A DNA stretch of 64,000 bases from a virus (IMGVR_UViG_2823670853_000002); one strand, 5' to 3'; counted from the stretch's first letter, positions 34,353-44,806 are shown. The notes: generated from the letters alone by a model not told the origin. Numbers and translations are program-made.

Positions 34353-34715
34353 TCAGCTTTCGTTGGCATTTAACTTCGTCTTTGCTTTCTCCACCAGCAA
34401 CTTCCAGATGCCTATTTCATTAGCAGCCGCCTTGATGGCGGCATAAAAAGCATCTTGCTGATCGTAACGCTGAATCTGTTTTTTCAGTTTTACCTCCACC
34501 AATTTAATTTCATTACGTGCTTTCTGAAGCCGCAGCGCCGCCCGGTTACGTCTGTTCTTGTATAGCGCGTTAATCTCTGACAATTGCTTTAATTTACCAG
34601 CCTGACTGCGGATTATCGCCTCTCTGACTTCTGCCGTGCGTCTCATCTGATCTCTTAAGAGTTCACCGTTTTCGATAATTCTTTCAAGGTGTTTGATGTG
34701 ATCTGCAACTCTCAT
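34353..34715 (-). CDS. hypothetical coiled-coil protein
   Basis: 120-aa ORF, end overlaps the upstream gene start. Confidence 0.5.
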   Translation of the reverse strand: MRVADHIKHLERIIENGELLRDQMRRTAEVREAIIRSQAGKLKQLSEINALYKNRRNRAALRLQKARNEIKLVEVKLKKQIQRYDQQDAFYAAIKAAANEIGIWKLLVEKAKTKLNANES

Positions 34716-35356
34716 ACTTCACCCTCGCTTGTATCGCCAGCATCCACCAGCGGCAATAAAGCCCTGGCCATCTTATGAACCAATAGTGCATCAATAATGC
34801 CAAGCGTATGCCCCGGCTTAATGTTTAATGCCGCCTCAAGGTGACACCTTTCCAAGCCACTTTTCTCGGCTTGTTTATGATGATCTGGCGTAATAACGTC
34901 GCCCAAAACACGGCTAATTCTTTCTCGTAATTGCTGGGTGCCCGCACACTTGATCGCTGTATCGTGGAGACGGTTAACCAGTTCGCGATAAACATGCGGT
35001 TTAATGCGGATACGTTCACCGGTGACGCCCTTTCCTGGCCCTGGCACCGAACTATCCGGAATATCCGGATAGTTGCCAGCCTCGTAAGCTACCCGCAGCC
35101 AGTGCATGAATGTTTCAGTGGACACACAACCACAGTCCACATCGATTTTCCCGCGTTGCTGTTCCAGCCACTGCTCAAAATTCAATCTACACGTATTACT
35201 TTCATGTTGCTCTTTTTGTCTCAAGGCCAGCATCTGCTGGGCTATTTCCAATACTTCATCTGCCGTATATCCAGCACCGTGACCATACATTTCGATACGG
35301 GAAATAATCTCTGATATACGCTCTTCAGTGATTCTGGTCATTTCTTTTTGCGCCAT
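34712..35356 (-). CDS. hypothetical protein
   Basis: 214-aa ORF within a co-directional gene string. Confidence 0.5.
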   Translation of the reverse strand: MAQKEMTRITEERISEIISRIEMYGHGAGYTADEVLEIAQQMLALRQKEQHESNTCRLNFEQWLEQQRGKIDVDCGCVSTETFMHWLRVAYEAGNYPDIPDSSVPGPGKGVTGERIRIKPHVYRELVNRLHDTAIKCAGTQQLRERISRVLGDVITPDHHKQAEKSGLERCHLEAALNIKPGHTLGIIDALLVHKMARALLPLVDAGDTSEGEV

Positions 35357-35712
35357 TTCTTTTCACATTCCTTAATCCATTTTTCAATGTTCATTTTGGC
35401 AATATCAGTCATTCCATCACCTAAGAAATACTTTTTCCGGTATGTCTTGCACTTAAACCACACTACAACAGCCACCAGCCAGAAAATAAAAGGCCATACA
35501 GCAATACCAACGACAGCCGCGATAAAGCCCAATAGCCATAAATGAAGCTCTCCAACTTCTGTTTCCGGCAATATTCTTAAAGAATTAAACAGCAGGCTGA
35601 ACGAATGGTCGTATGCATTGGCAGTATAAGACATGCAATCCATATAATTAAAGTCATAGCCTGCGGCTGCCGCCCATAATGGGCGGTCAAGAAAATGTTT
35701 TAGTGTCATCAT
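35338..35712 (-). CDS. hypothetical membrane protein
   Basis: 124-aa ORF with two predicted TM helices and a Lys-rich C-terminus. Confidence 0.5.
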   Translation of the reverse strand: MMTLKHFLDRPLWAAAAGYDFNYMDCMSYTANAYDHSFSLLFNSLRILPETEVGELHLWLLGFIAAVVGIAVWPFIFWLVAVVVWFKCKTYRKKYFLGDGMTDIAKMNIEKWIKECEKKWRKKK

Positions 35713-35718
35713 ATAAAT

Positions 35719-36012
35719 TTAAGGTTCAGACCAGTTATCTTCAATAGCAATGCTTAATCTTTGTAGCCATTCTGCTAATTTCAGCATTGCTTCTCTTTCG
35801 CTTAAACCACGAGGAAAATCATCAAGCGAAATTGTTGGCTTGAAGCCCCCGTAATTATCCATTTCAACTGTCAGATTTTGTTCCAGCACGGTATTTCTTA
35901 CGCGGCTATTGTGCCGGAGCAAATATACTGAGCGTGATTTATTGGTTTTGTGGTCTAGCTTATATTCGGTAAGTATCATCTGGCTTTTGCCATGATTATT
36001 ACCTCTCCACAT
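35719..36012 (-). CDS. hypothetical protein
   Basis: 97-aa ORF from MWRGNNHG with GAGG RBS (track start 36108 overlaps the upstream small ORF). Confidence 0.4.
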   Translation of the reverse strand: MWRGNNHGKSQMILTEYKLDHKTNKSRSVYLLRHNSRVRNTVLEQNLTVEMDNYGGFKPTISLDDFPRGLSEREAMLKLAEWLQRLSIAIEDNWSEP

Positions 36013-36019
36013 ACTTACC

Positions 36020-36142
36020 TCACTTAATAAAACAACTCCATGCGTAGTTGATGATTTTTTCCCACGTAATATAAATCTGCACTCCGGCAGTAAAACCAAA
36101 GCCAACAATTGCTGAAAAAATCAAAACATTTACTTTTGACAT
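36020..36142 (-). CDS. candidate 40-aa membrane peptide (MSKVNVLIFSAIVGFGFTAGVQIYITWEKIINYAWSCFIK)
   Basis: Short ORF with GAGAGA RBS immediately upstream of the 97-aa gene; hydrophobic. Confidence 0.25.
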   Translation of the reverse strand: MSKVNVLIFSAIVGFGFTAGVQIYITWEKIINYAWSCFIK

Positions 36143-36190
36143 TATAAATTTTCTCTCGGTGTCGTAGGTGATAGCACCATAATTGATAAT

Positions 36191-36442
36191 TTAGTGAGTT
36201 AGCAGTTCCATTTTTTGGATGATTTCCGCATGAGCATCATCGTTATCAACACTTAACTCGTTTAATGCCTCTCGCACTACATCAACTTCTTCTGGTTGGA
36301 AGAAGTCATCTCGGTAGTCACCAAATAGAACCGAAACAAGCCTGCCACCAGCAACATCAAGATTGGCGCTAACAGGTGGCTCTTTACCATCCTCAAATTC
36401 GACTACAAAAGTTAATTTTCCCATCGTTACCACCAGCGACAA
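36191..36442 (-). CDS. hypothetical acidic protein
   Basis: 83-aa ORF. Confidence 0.45.
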   Translation of the reverse strand: MSLVVTMGKLTFVVEFEDGKEPPVSANLDVAGGRLVSVLFGDYRDDFFQPEEVDVVREALNELSVDNDDAHAEIIQKMELLTH

Positions 36443-36509
36443 ATTGAATACAAACCCAGTGCTGCCGCCATCACAATTCCTACCGTTGCGAATGCTTCAG
36501 GCCAGCTCA

Positions 36510-36770
36510 TTATCTCACCTCCAGTCTCCATACCGCCTGACCAATCCGGCTGGCATGGGTATCTTTGGATACTGTTCCATCTTTAGCCATCTCCATAAGA
36601 ATTTTGCGCAAATCTGCCGAACGCCATTCTTCATCAGGAAATTCCTTCTCCATTGCCAACCGCAGATTCCAGGTTGCCATCCTGAATGGATATTCCCCGC
36701 CGAGAGCTTTATCTTGCAGGGCAGCCCGGGAACGCATCACCTGCAAAACCTTCTCTTTTACATCCATCAT
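36510..36770 (-). CDS. hypothetical protein
   Basis: 86-aa ORF from MMDVKEK; ATGA overlap with the upstream stop (track ORF extends to 36914 in overlap). Confidence 0.4.
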   Translation of the reverse strand: MMDVKEKVLQVMRSRAALQDKALGGEYPFRMATWNLRLAMEKEFPDEEWRSADLRKILMEMAKDGTVSKDTHASRIGQAVWRLEVR

Positions 36771-37570
36771 TTCGCCTCCTGCGGCGGTTCTGGTAGCGGC
36801 ATCCAGTACAAGGCGTTCCCTAACCACGATAAAGTGCCGTCGCTCAACTCCACGTATTCCCCTTGTACCTGTCCTGCCATATACTCGCCGTGCTTTGAAT
36901 AAATTAAAATCCAATCATCTTGAGCGGGCATTCGCTCACTACAGCTTATCCAACCATCCGGAGTTACCGGATAGTTGCCATTCACAAGGTCAGCTCGAAC
37001 ATATAGCGTGTCATCATGGTGCTGATTGTGGCTGCACCACGTTAATTCGCTTAACTCGCCATCTTCTGGCCATACTCCAGCTGTTTGCAGCCAGATATGG
37101 GCTGGCGCATCTTGGCAAGGTGTATTAACTGGCAACTTGTAAGTTTGGCTTACAGGTTGGCTACCCTGAAGCATGGCAGCGTGGCAGGCATCCTCAACGT
37201 TCTTCACTGCATCTGCGCAGTAGTTATAGCGATTGCATTCCACTAATTTCTGCTTGAGGTTTTCAATTGCTAACTCGATTTCATCCGGCACTACCGGCTC
37301 TGGTTGGATAGTGACGTTGGCAAAGGCAGCACGCAAACCGGCCTTAATTTCCTCTACTTCATCAGCGCCTAGCGATGAATCTGACAATGCGTGATGGAAT
37401 GCGTAAGCCATGTCGTCGTTTACTGCAACCGGTTCTGCTTCCAGCGATGCCAGAGCAATTCGTGCCAGTTCTTCCGCTTCTTCTGCTGGCAGTACAACGT
37501 TGCTACCAGGTCCGTATGTTTCGCGCCACTGCTTGATTGTCAGCAGTCGCTCTTTGGTAATAGTGATCAT
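36767..37570 (-). CDS. DUF551-domain phage protein
   Basis: C-terminal DGWISCSERMPAQDDWILIY...WMPLPEPP is typical of DUF551. Confidence 0.55.
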   Translation of the reverse strand: MITITKERLLTIKQWRETYGPGSNVVLPAEEAEELARIALASLEAEPVAVNDDMAYAFHHALSDSSLGADEVEEIKAGLRAAFANVTIQPEPVVPDEIELAIENLKQKLVECNRYNYCADAVKNVEDACHAAMLQGSQPVSQTYKLPVNTPCQDAPAHIWLQTAGVWPEDGELSELTWCSHNQHHDDTLYVRADLVNGNYPVTPDGWISCSERMPAQDDWILIYSKHGEYMAGQVQGEYVELSDGTLSWLGNALYWMPLPEPPQEAK

Positions 37571-38082
37571 GCCGCGTTTCCTTCTTTCTTATTAACAATT
37601 ACACCGTCATATATTTCATTAAGGTGCCCTCTCAACTCCATGCGCCTTAATGCAGATAACATGTAATCGCATTCAACCTGCTTATTTCCAGTAAATGGCT
37701 TATCGTCAGGATTACCCCAACAGCAATTACCCTTGGGCCACCCATGTACTTTCCGTACTCTTCCGTTAACAACGTGAAGTAATCCCCAGCCAGGTGGTAA
37801 ATCCTCAACTGAAATAATTCCCGGCTCACTAATAAAGAATCGCCAGTCGCCCATTCCAAGAGATGGATTTTTACGAAAACGCTTTTTCCTATCTGCCAAC
37901 AAGTCAGCACGAGAACACTTCGCCTCTATCAGGCATGATGCTGAATTTCTGAATCCCATAGCATCTGGCTGTTCTCCGGTACTGGTTACAGCTATAAAGC
38001 GGTCATGAAAACAAACCTTGAACCCGTTGCGCTTAAGGAACTTATACGCAATCTGACAGAGTTCGCGGTGTGTTAACGCCAT
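37567..38082 (-). CDS. PD-(D/E)xK nuclease-like protein
   Basis: PDAMGF...CLIEAK motif; start taken at MALTHREL (track start 38154). Confidence 0.45.
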   Translation of the reverse strand: MALTHRELCQIAYKFLKRNGFKVCFHDRFIAVTSTGEQPDAMGFRNSASCLIEAKCSRADLLADRKKRFRKNPSLGMGDWRFFISEPGIISVEDLPPGWGLLHVVNGRVRKVHGWPKGNCCWGNPDDKPFTGNKQVECDYMLSALRRMELRGHLNEIYDGVIVNKKEGNAA

Positions 38083-38617
38083 ATCACTCTCCTTTAGTGC
38101 GCAAGTGGTTTTTCCAGCGGTTTTGCGCCGCGCTGGGCTTTTTGCAAAAACCACAATCCATCATCCCGTAATATTTCATCAACCCCATCCGTCGGTTGCT
38201 GAGTCTCACCCACTGCCAGACGCCAGGAGCGTTTCTACGAACTAACAGAATCTTTGCTTTACGGTTTTTCATCTTACAGCGTACCCTTTCTTCCGCCTGT
38301 TCTGTGACGCAGTAGGCTTACGCTTTGCGGCAAAAGCCACCTGACCAAATGGATGGAGTACCGCTATCTTATGGTTGCTAATAACCAGCTCCACCACACG
38401 CACAGGTCGCTGTAAAAAAAGTCGTTTTGCCTTACGGTTTTTCATCGCTTTGCTCTCCTGCGTCTCTTTGCTGCTCGTCGTGCCGCTGCAATACCGGTAT
38501 GGCGGCGCTTTGGTGCCGGGATGATGTTGTCAGCCATCAGGACATACGGCTTTGCAATTAGCGCAGAAGCCCAAAAACGAGTCGGGTACGGTAACAAGCC
38601 GATACATGCCACACGCA

Positions 38618-39370
38618 TTACTCACCTCCTTTGATGCGAATGCCTGCGGCGCGGATTGCAGCGATGACTTCAGAAACTTTGTATGCCATTACCGTTTGGT
38701 AATCATCGTGAAAATCTGTTCGATGAAGCATGCTGCTACGTTCCGGGAGCGATATTTCCCGAGCATCCAGTTCCTTAACGCGTTCCTCCAGTTCGTAGAC
38801 CCTGCATTGTTCTCTATCATCAATCAGATATACCCCAAGACATTCGCTTTCTACCCAACCGCCAAAATCATGATCGTAACGCTCACATGAAAACTCACCG
38901 TCACCGTCCTTTGTTGGAATGGTGTAACTATCTAATGGGCCACCATATGTCGGCACATTTCCCAATGTTGGATGCTCAATCCACATGAAAAATGCACGTC
39001 CGGTTATTGGGCAAATATCTGGCCGCCATTGGTTACGAACAGCCTTGGTTTCGGATAATTCTTCAGCGTGTTGTTTTACTTCCTCAAGCTCAACTCTCAG
39101 CTTCCCTACCGTTAGCGCAATATCCTCGTTCTCCTGATCGCGGCGTTTTATGTATTGCTGGTTTCTTTCCCGTTCATCCAGCAGCGCCAGCACGGTTTCT
39201 GGTCCGGTCAGAAATTTGAAGGCGTTGAGCGCATCAATATCCACGCCGTAATCTTTAAGTTCCTGTTCGCTTATCAGATCATCATCAACTGGCAACATTA
39301 ACAGGCGTTCCATTGCCGGAATTGCACGCTCTGCCGCCTCACGCAGTGCCTGATAGTCAATCTTGCTCAC
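38618..39370 (-). CDS. ead/Ea22-like protein
   Basis: N-terminal IDYQALREAAE signature of the Ead/Ea22 family. Confidence 0.6.
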   Translation of the reverse strand: MSKIDYQALREAAERAIPAMERLLMLPVDDDLISEQELKDYGVDIDALNAFKFLTGPETVLALLDERERNQQYIKRRDQENEDIALTVGKLRVELEEVKQHAEELSETKAVRNQWRPDICPITGRAFFMWIEHPTLGNVPTYGGPLDSYTIPTKDGDGEFSCERYDHDFGGWVESECLGVYLIDDREQCRVYELEERVKELDAREISLPERSSMLHRTDFHDDYQTVMAYKVSEVIAAIRAAGIRIKGGE

Positions 39371-40098
39371 TGGTTGCCTCCTTTTCGAAGCTCTGCGGCA
39401 AAGTCAGTGGCATGTTCACCGAGTAGTTTCCAGTTATCGCGTATATCAGATGCAAATGACTGTTCGGATTTTGAGTTACATTTCTGTGCAAACATCTCCA
39501 ATCCCTGCGCCCGCACTTCAGCCAGGCATTTGCGAAACTCGGAAACGTACTGTTCGACGCTCATTCCCCAGCTAAGTGGACATTCATTGAATGTTTCGCC
39601 TTCGTGCTCTTCATCAGGTAGCTCTTTGGTAAAGAACTCACGCTCAATGGCGTGGAGTGTGTCAGCAAAACGACGTAAGTTACTCAAACCTACCGTAATG
39701 GAGAATTCAGGAGCATCACATCCGACGCCCATCTGCTGATAAACGGCGGTTTTGAAGGCCTTAAGCCCCGCATTCTCCGCCACCAGCGCCGCGAGATTAG
39801 TCTCAAGCTCTGCAATTCGACACATAGCATCAATATTTGTGTCCTCCAGGCGCTTAATTTCACCAAGCAGCTCCAGTGCAACCTTTGGGTTGAACGCGGC
39901 AACATAACGAGCGTTATTCTCTGCGTTTTCCTGTCCATCAAAGCCGGGCCATTTGATAACGTCTCCACATCGTTTATCACCGGGTGTATGCACCGCATAT
40001 GTACCAGTACCCGGCGAAATAAATGCGACCCATTCGTCTGGTGTTGCCTTTTCTGCCGCCTCACGCAGTACCTGATAGTCAATTGTCATTCTCGCCAT
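39367..40098 (-). CDS. ead/Ea22-like protein (paralogue)
   Basis: N-terminal TIDYQVLREAAEKATPDEW; tandem with the preceding paralogue. Confidence 0.6.
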   Translation of the reverse strand: MARMTIDYQVLREAAEKATPDEWVAFISPGTGTYAVHTPGDKRCGDVIKWPGFDGQENAENNARYVAAFNPKVALELLGEIKRLEDTNIDAMCRIAELETNLAALVAENAGLKAFKTAVYQQMGVGCDAPEFSITVGLSNLRRFADTLHAIEREFFTKELPDEEHEGETFNECPLSWGMSVEQYVSEFRKCLAEVRAQGLEMFAQKCNSKSEQSFASDIRDNWKLLGEHATDFAAELRKGGNQ

Positions 40099-40730
40099 CC
40101 TTCACAGTTGTAATCACGACAGCCTTCAAAATCATATGGGCTGTACTGCCAGGTGATTTTTCCGCAATGCGGACAATTCCAACGCACCTTCCCGCTTCGC
40201 GACTTCTTTCTTCTGTTCTGCTTTTTCAACCAGTCAGGCATGACCAAACCTGCGCCCTGAACCATTGTTCTGCGGTTAAATTTATTGATATTGAACGTCC
40301 GGCGCTTTGCTGCATCAGCAATGGAAAATGGCAACCAAACTATTCCTGGTTCGTTTTTGTTGGCGACGCTAAAGATGGTCGCTTTACTGAAGTCATCTGT
40401 TGGCAATCCACCGTGTTGAAGCCAGTAAACATCGTTGCCGTTCCAGCTACCTTTTTTGTAGGCCACATACGCAGTGCAATCTGACTCAATCAGGCTTTCT
40501 GTAGGGATGTACTGGCAATCAACGTGCCACACAGCCATTGCATCCACACTATCGGCACAAACAGGCTGATCGATATCTCGCCCACAATTCCAGGCTTTTT
40601 GGGCTTCTTCCAGCGTGTAAACATGAGCGCGATCGATATCAGAACTGTAACCATTGCCGTTATGGCAATGGAATGAGGCGTTATTACCCACAGTTTCACG
40701 CAAGCACATCATGTAAAAACGGTTACTCAC
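40086..40730 (-). CDS. hypothetical protein with C-terminal zinc ribbon
   Basis: CPHCG...C...C near the C-terminus; GTG start 6 nt after AGGAGG with GTGA overlap to the upstream stop (track start 40766). Confidence 0.45.
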   Translation of the reverse strand: MSNRFYMMCLRETVGNNASFHCHNGNGYSSDIDRAHVYTLEEAQKAWNCGRDIDQPVCADSVDAMAVWHVDCQYIPTESLIESDCTAYVAYKKGSWNGNDVYWLQHGGLPTDDFSKATIFSVANKNEPGIVWLPFSIADAAKRRTFNINKFNRRTMVQGAGLVMPDWLKKQNRRKKSRSGKVRWNCPHCGKITWQYSPYDFEGCRDYNCEGWRE

Positions 40731-40966
40731 TGGATGCCTCCTTGGTGAAGTTGCGCTGCGATGCACGAAAAAAAAGACTCCCGAGTATGACTGTTAAGAG
40801 CTGGTGCGAACGCCTCGTTAAGAACGGCGGCATCACAGCCGTCATCAATATAGAGCGCAATTTTTTTCTCCAGGCGCGCTTTGGCTTCCTGCAACTGCAT
40901 ACCCCGGCACGCACGCGGGATATAATCAGCAATTTGAGCGATAGCTTTTTCGTTCTGTTTAAACAT
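40727..40966 (-). CDS. hypothetical protein
   Basis: 79-aa ORF translationally coupled to the next gene. Confidence 0.4.
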   Translation of the reverse strand: MFKQNEKAIAQIADYIPRACRGMQLQEAKARLEKKIALYIDDGCDAAVLNEAFAPALNSHTRESFFSCIAAQLHQGGIQ

Positions 40967-41162
40967 GCTTCACCTCGATAGGCTTGATGGTGTCTAACAG
41001 CAGTCGGCGGCGCGTATTTTCTGCAAAATGGCGGCGTCCAGTTTCTTTGTGGTAAAACTCGTTTTTGCCAACGACCCACATCCGCTCTGTTTGGTGCAGT
41101 TTTTTTACCTGCGGGCCATCTTTGGTGATCACGGTACCGGTATGGGTTTTTACGATTGTCAT
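40959..41162 (-). CDS. hypothetical protein
   Basis: 67-aa ORF overlapping the pap stop. Confidence 0.4.
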   Translation of the reverse strand: MTIVKTHTGTVITKDGPQVKKLHQTERMWVVGKNEFYHKETGRRHFAENTRRRLLLDTIKPIEVKHV

Positions 41163-42037
41163 GCCACTACCTCTTCGAATTTCAACTCCAATTGGTCACC
41201 CCAGATTTCACATGATTCGGAACACGAACCAGTATCAAACCGCTTGGCCTGCACCATCGCCTGATACAAATTTCTGTAGTCGCTGTCGGCATACATTCTG
41301 GCAATCCCGTCAAGCGTCAGGTGACCACGGTACATAACGTCTTTACCTGTTCTGCGATGACCATCCCTGACGTGTTTGCCTGTAACCAGTTCGTTAAAAA
41401 CCCGCATCAGACCTGGTTCGTCTTTACATGCAAGCCCCAGCTTTTGCGTTGACTTTTTGATGCAAAAAACACAGTTCCCGAGGTGCTCCGGGATTTGCAA
41501 ATCAAAAGGTTGTTTTCGCCACCACCGGATAACATCCGACTTATCAAAATCTGACAGCTCGGCAAGATACCGGACGCCCGGTTTCGGTTTCAGCCTACGG
41601 GGTTCGTCCGCACGAATACCGAGCCATGTGATGTAATTCCCTCGCCCAAAATGGTCATCGCAATATTTCGTGAAAGGGGTGAGTTTTAGCCTGTCAGTAC
41701 AGAACGCGCCGCCGATGTATGGCGTACCGTACTTTTTAACCATGTCCATAAACGGTTTAAGCACCGGCGTTCGCGTCTGAATATCCTTTGGTCCCCATTC
41801 CGTATAACCATTTGGCTGCCCAAGTTCTGGATTTATATCGACCTGCAACACCGTTAGCGGTACGTTCCAGAACTTCACAACCTCACGAATAAAGCGATAC
41901 GTCAGAGGATGTTCACAGCCGGTATCCATAAAAATGAAATGGACGCTAGCGCCAGCTTTTCGCTGTGCTTCCATCAGATGAACGAGATAAGCCGATGTTC
42001 GTCCACCTGAAAAGCTGACGACTTGATGCATACTCAC
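41159..42037 (-). CDS. pap: PAPS reductase-like (phosphoadenosine phosphosulfate reductase family) protein
   Basis: VVSFSGGRTSA N-terminal PP-loop-like motif typical of the PAPS reductase/ATP-sulfurylase fold; P1 carries pap. Confidence 0.7.
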   Translation of the reverse strand: MSMHQVVSFSGGRTSAYLVHLMEAQRKAGASVHFIFMDTGCEHPLTYRFIREVVKFWNVPLTVLQVDINPELGQPNGYTEWGPKDIQTRTPVLKPFMDMVKKYGTPYIGGAFCTDRLKLTPFTKYCDDHFGRGNYITWLGIRADEPRRLKPKPGVRYLAELSDFDKSDVIRWWRKQPFDLQIPEHLGNCVFCIKKSTQKLGLACKDEPGLMRVFNELVTGKHVRDGHRRTGKDVMYRGHLTLDGIARMYADSDYRNLYQAMVQAKRFDTGSCSESCEIWGDQLELKFEEVVA

Positions 42038-42040
42038 GGT

Positions 42041-42769
42041 TTATTCCTGAATGCGCTTAAACTCAATTACCCATACCCAGGGATTAGCGTTCCAGCTTTC
42101 TTCACCATAGATGGATTCCCACAGACGCTGGAACGCAACCTTGGCCATTGCGAAATCCCCCTTGGGAGTAAGGAATGTTTCCGGGTAATCAGGAAGCAAA
42201 CTTCCAGCAGGCGGAACGCCCTCAGCCCCTGCATCGCATTCGCTGATATCGTTCAACCGCTCAACGCGCACGTTGGTAATTTCCAACAGAATGCGTGATG
42301 CCCATCGCGGCATGTGAATTGATGGACGCCACCCACCATCAAACTTTTCATTCACAGTGTGAGGTTTCCAGTCGGCATCATCGGGTATCGACCATAAGCC
42401 GTAATCACCAGGCTTTTGCTCACAACTGGCCCGATAAATCCTTGCTGCGTTCTTCTCATCACCACGACAAAGGTTGTCGTTCCAGTCCACACTACAACCA
42501 TCCTCATTGCCTAATATCGCCCATGTTTCACGAACCCAAATTCGATCGCCGACGATACCAAAGGGGCAATTGAAGACACTGCTTACACCATCAGCCCCGT
42601 ACCACTGAAAACCTGCACCAATTTTTCTAACCATCACTGGTGCTTCTGGACCAACTTCCGCAGGCTGATTTTTCATTATCCGCCGCGTCTGCGTTTTCCT
42701 TCCTTCGATGATGGCCCGGACCATCTCATCGTTGAAAATCATGCCGCGCTCTTTCACTTCGCCTTTCAT
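42041..42769 (-). CDS. ASCH/PUA-like domain protein
   Basis: MIFNDEMVRAIIEGRKTQTRR signature. Confidence 0.5.
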   Translation of the reverse strand: MKGEVKERGMIFNDEMVRAIIEGRKTQTRRIMKNQPAEVGPEAPVMVRKIGAGFQWYGADGVSSVFNCPFGIVGDRIWVRETWAILGNEDGCSVDWNDNLCRGDEKNAARIYRASCEQKPGDYGLWSIPDDADWKPHTVNEKFDGGWRPSIHMPRWASRILLEITNVRVERLNDISECDAGAEGVPPAGSLLPDYPETFLTPKGDFAMAKVAFQRLWESIYGEESWNANPWVWVIEFKRIQE

Positions 42770-42778
42770 GCATCCCCC

Positions 42779-42865
42779 TTACCCATGTGCGACGATGCCG
42801 CCAAAAGTGATAGAGAACAGCCAGAAATAGATCGCGGCCATAATGATTTTGAATGCCGTGTTCAT
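42779..42865 (-). CDS. candidate 28-aa hydrophobic peptide (MNTAFKIIMAAIYFWLFSITFGGIVAHG)
   Basis: AGGAG RBS 8 nt upstream; sits between a C1 operator and the ASCH gene. Confidence 0.25.
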   Translation of the reverse strand: MNTAFKIIMAAIYFWLFSITFGGIVAHG

Positions 42866-42947
42866 ATTTTCAGCTCCTGTGATTGATTGGATACATGCCG
42901 CGCCTTGCGGCATGTTTTTATTTTCACTTTCTCTGTTTTAAAAATCA

Positions 42948-42964
42948 AGATTTATTAGAGCAAT
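42948..42964 (-). promoter_or_regulatory. C1 operator
   Basis: Minus strand ATTGCTCTAATAAATCT (16/17). Confidence 0.55.
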
Positions 42965-43470
42965 TATTGTTGATGGAGAAGCGCGTTTTCATACTCCCTG
43001 ACCATTAACGTAAGTACGCCGTGACTCCTGAAAACACGCGCCACTTCAATCTTATCTTCCAGCGCGAACGCGATTTTACTTAGACCAATTTTCTTAAGGA
43101 GATCAATCTTTGCTGGGCCGTCATTTCTGTCATCGGTGGCAGGACGCATAGATAGCAAAGGCTCAGCCCCGTTTGTTACGTGCTTACGCAACCAGGCTCG
43201 TGTTTTATCCCTGGCTATCTCACAGCGCCCGGTTACAAACCAGAGGGTGTAAATGCCGGACAACTGGCGCACCATATCAATAACTGGAGTGATGGGAGCA
43301 TCAGTGTCACAGGCAAGATTAAACTCGTTCCAGTGCTCTGTTAATGCACCTTTGCCCGGTGGTGGAAGTAAATGCAGCCTGTCTTCCGTTGCCTCTGATA
43401 TCGTCCCATCAATATCTACTATGACGATGTACGGACGTTCCTGGTGTGCGTGTTTATTGAAAATACTCAA
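42964..43470 (-). CDS. HAD-superfamily phosphatase-like protein
   Basis: VIVDIDGTI motif (DxDGT, HAD motif I). Confidence 0.5.
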   Translation of the reverse strand: MSIFNKHAHQERPYIVIVDIDGTISEATEDRLHLLPPPGKGALTEHWNEFNLACDTDAPITPVIDMVRQLSGIYTLWFVTGRCEIARDKTRAWLRKHVTNGAEPLLSMRPATDDRNDGPAKIDLLKKIGLSKIAFALEDKIEVARVFRSHGVLTLMVREYENALLHQQ

Positions 43471-43542
43471 ATGCCCTCCTCATTGGACGAAAAAAATGCT
43501 GGTGGGCGCACTCCACCAGCATTAAAAGTGACACTGTAACTA

Positions 43543-44805
43543 TCAGCGAACGTAAATAGTGCCGCCGTTCTCTTTTTCCCATGCATCGCTACGTGCATAG
43601 CAAACATCGAGAAGTCTTCTTGCCGCTGTTTCCTCTAAACCCAATTCGACAACCAACTGCTCATGACGGCGGGTAACCACATCAAACAGGGTATGCAACC
43701 CTTTAGTTGCCAGATCATCAATGAATTCCGGTTCGAACGGCAGCTCTGCATCTGCCAACATAACCTCTTGCGCCCACTCAACTCGACGGACCAATTCCGG
43801 GCGGCGGCTTTCCATCTCTTTACAGATTAATTCATGGAAGAACTCTACCCAACCTTCCGGCTGGAACTCGCGGAAAATTGCCAACGGCTGGAAGTTTGGC
43901 ATCAACCATTCGTTGATTCGGATATCAATGGCATAGCCCATGTCGCAGCAGAACTGATAAGCAAAGTCCAGCTTAGAAACGATATAAGGACGCTCGTTAT
44001 TGAACTCTTTAGGCGATGAGATCCCATAAGCCAGGAGGCGCGGGAAGAAGGAGATTTGCCCTAACGTCGGATGAAGTTTGCTTGCAGGGAAACGGCGCTC
44101 AGTAATGCCATACATTTCCTTCTTGAGCGTCGCAAATTTGGCATTCTCATTAACCAGCGCGGTAACCTCTGCTTTTTTATTAGCAAATGCCACGCGCGCC
44201 TCGCTTGCATCTTTAATAGTTTTTTTGAGCTGTTGGTTAAGGTCGGCGACCTGCTTACGCAGTTCCTGTCGCTCGCTTTTAGCTTTGTTATAGCGTTTCT
44301 CAAGGTTAAAAGGATCAAGTTTCATGATCTCTTTATATTGAGATTTTAGAGTTGAAATCTGTGAGTTCCGCAGTTCAACCATCGCGGTCATTTCATTGAG
44401 TTTTGTTTCCAGCTCAATGCTTATACGTTCGGCATTATCAGCACGCTGGTTGGCGTCATGCGTCGCATCGTCGATCGCGTCCTGTTGCTGGCGTTTCAAA
44501 TGTTCAATTTGCAGCTGAAGCTCTTCAATTTCTTTACCCTTCAGACCGAGATCCAACTGCATATTTTCAGCTGCATCTACCAGGGAGTTATGGCTATCAG
44601 CTTCTGCGTTATAAACATCAATAAGCTGTGCGTGAAGCATCTCCGCTGACTGAACCGCATTATCAAAAAAACGTGCTGTGAGGTCATCACAACTAACGCG
44701 GCGTTGCGCGGCCCGGATGTTCTGGATAATGGCCGGGATACCGGCATTCAGGACGTCAGGGATAGATACATTTTCGATTGATTGGTTTTGTGCTGAAGTG
44801 CTCAT
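43543..44805 (-). CDS. hypothetical coiled-coil protein
   Basis: 420-aa ORF; N-terminal half heptad-rich. Confidence 0.5.
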   Translation of the reverse strand: MSTSAQNQSIENVSIPDVLNAGIPAIIQNIRAAQRRVSCDDLTARFFDNAVQSAEMLHAQLIDVYNAEADSHNSLVDAAENMQLDLGLKGKEIEELQLQIEHLKRQQQDAIDDATHDANQRADNAERISIELETKLNEMTAMVELRNSQISTLKSQYKEIMKLDPFNLEKRYNKAKSERQELRKQVADLNQQLKKTIKDASEARVAFANKKAEVTALVNENAKFATLKKEMYGITERRFPASKLHPTLGQISFFPRLLAYGISSPKEFNNERPYIVSKLDFAYQFCCDMGYAIDIRINEWLMPNFQPLAIFREFQPEGWVEFFHELICKEMESRRPELVRRVEWAQEVMLADAELPFEPEFIDDLATKGLHTLFDVVTRRHEQLVVELGLEETAARRLLDVCYARSDAWEKENGGTIYVR

Positions 44806-44806
44806 T

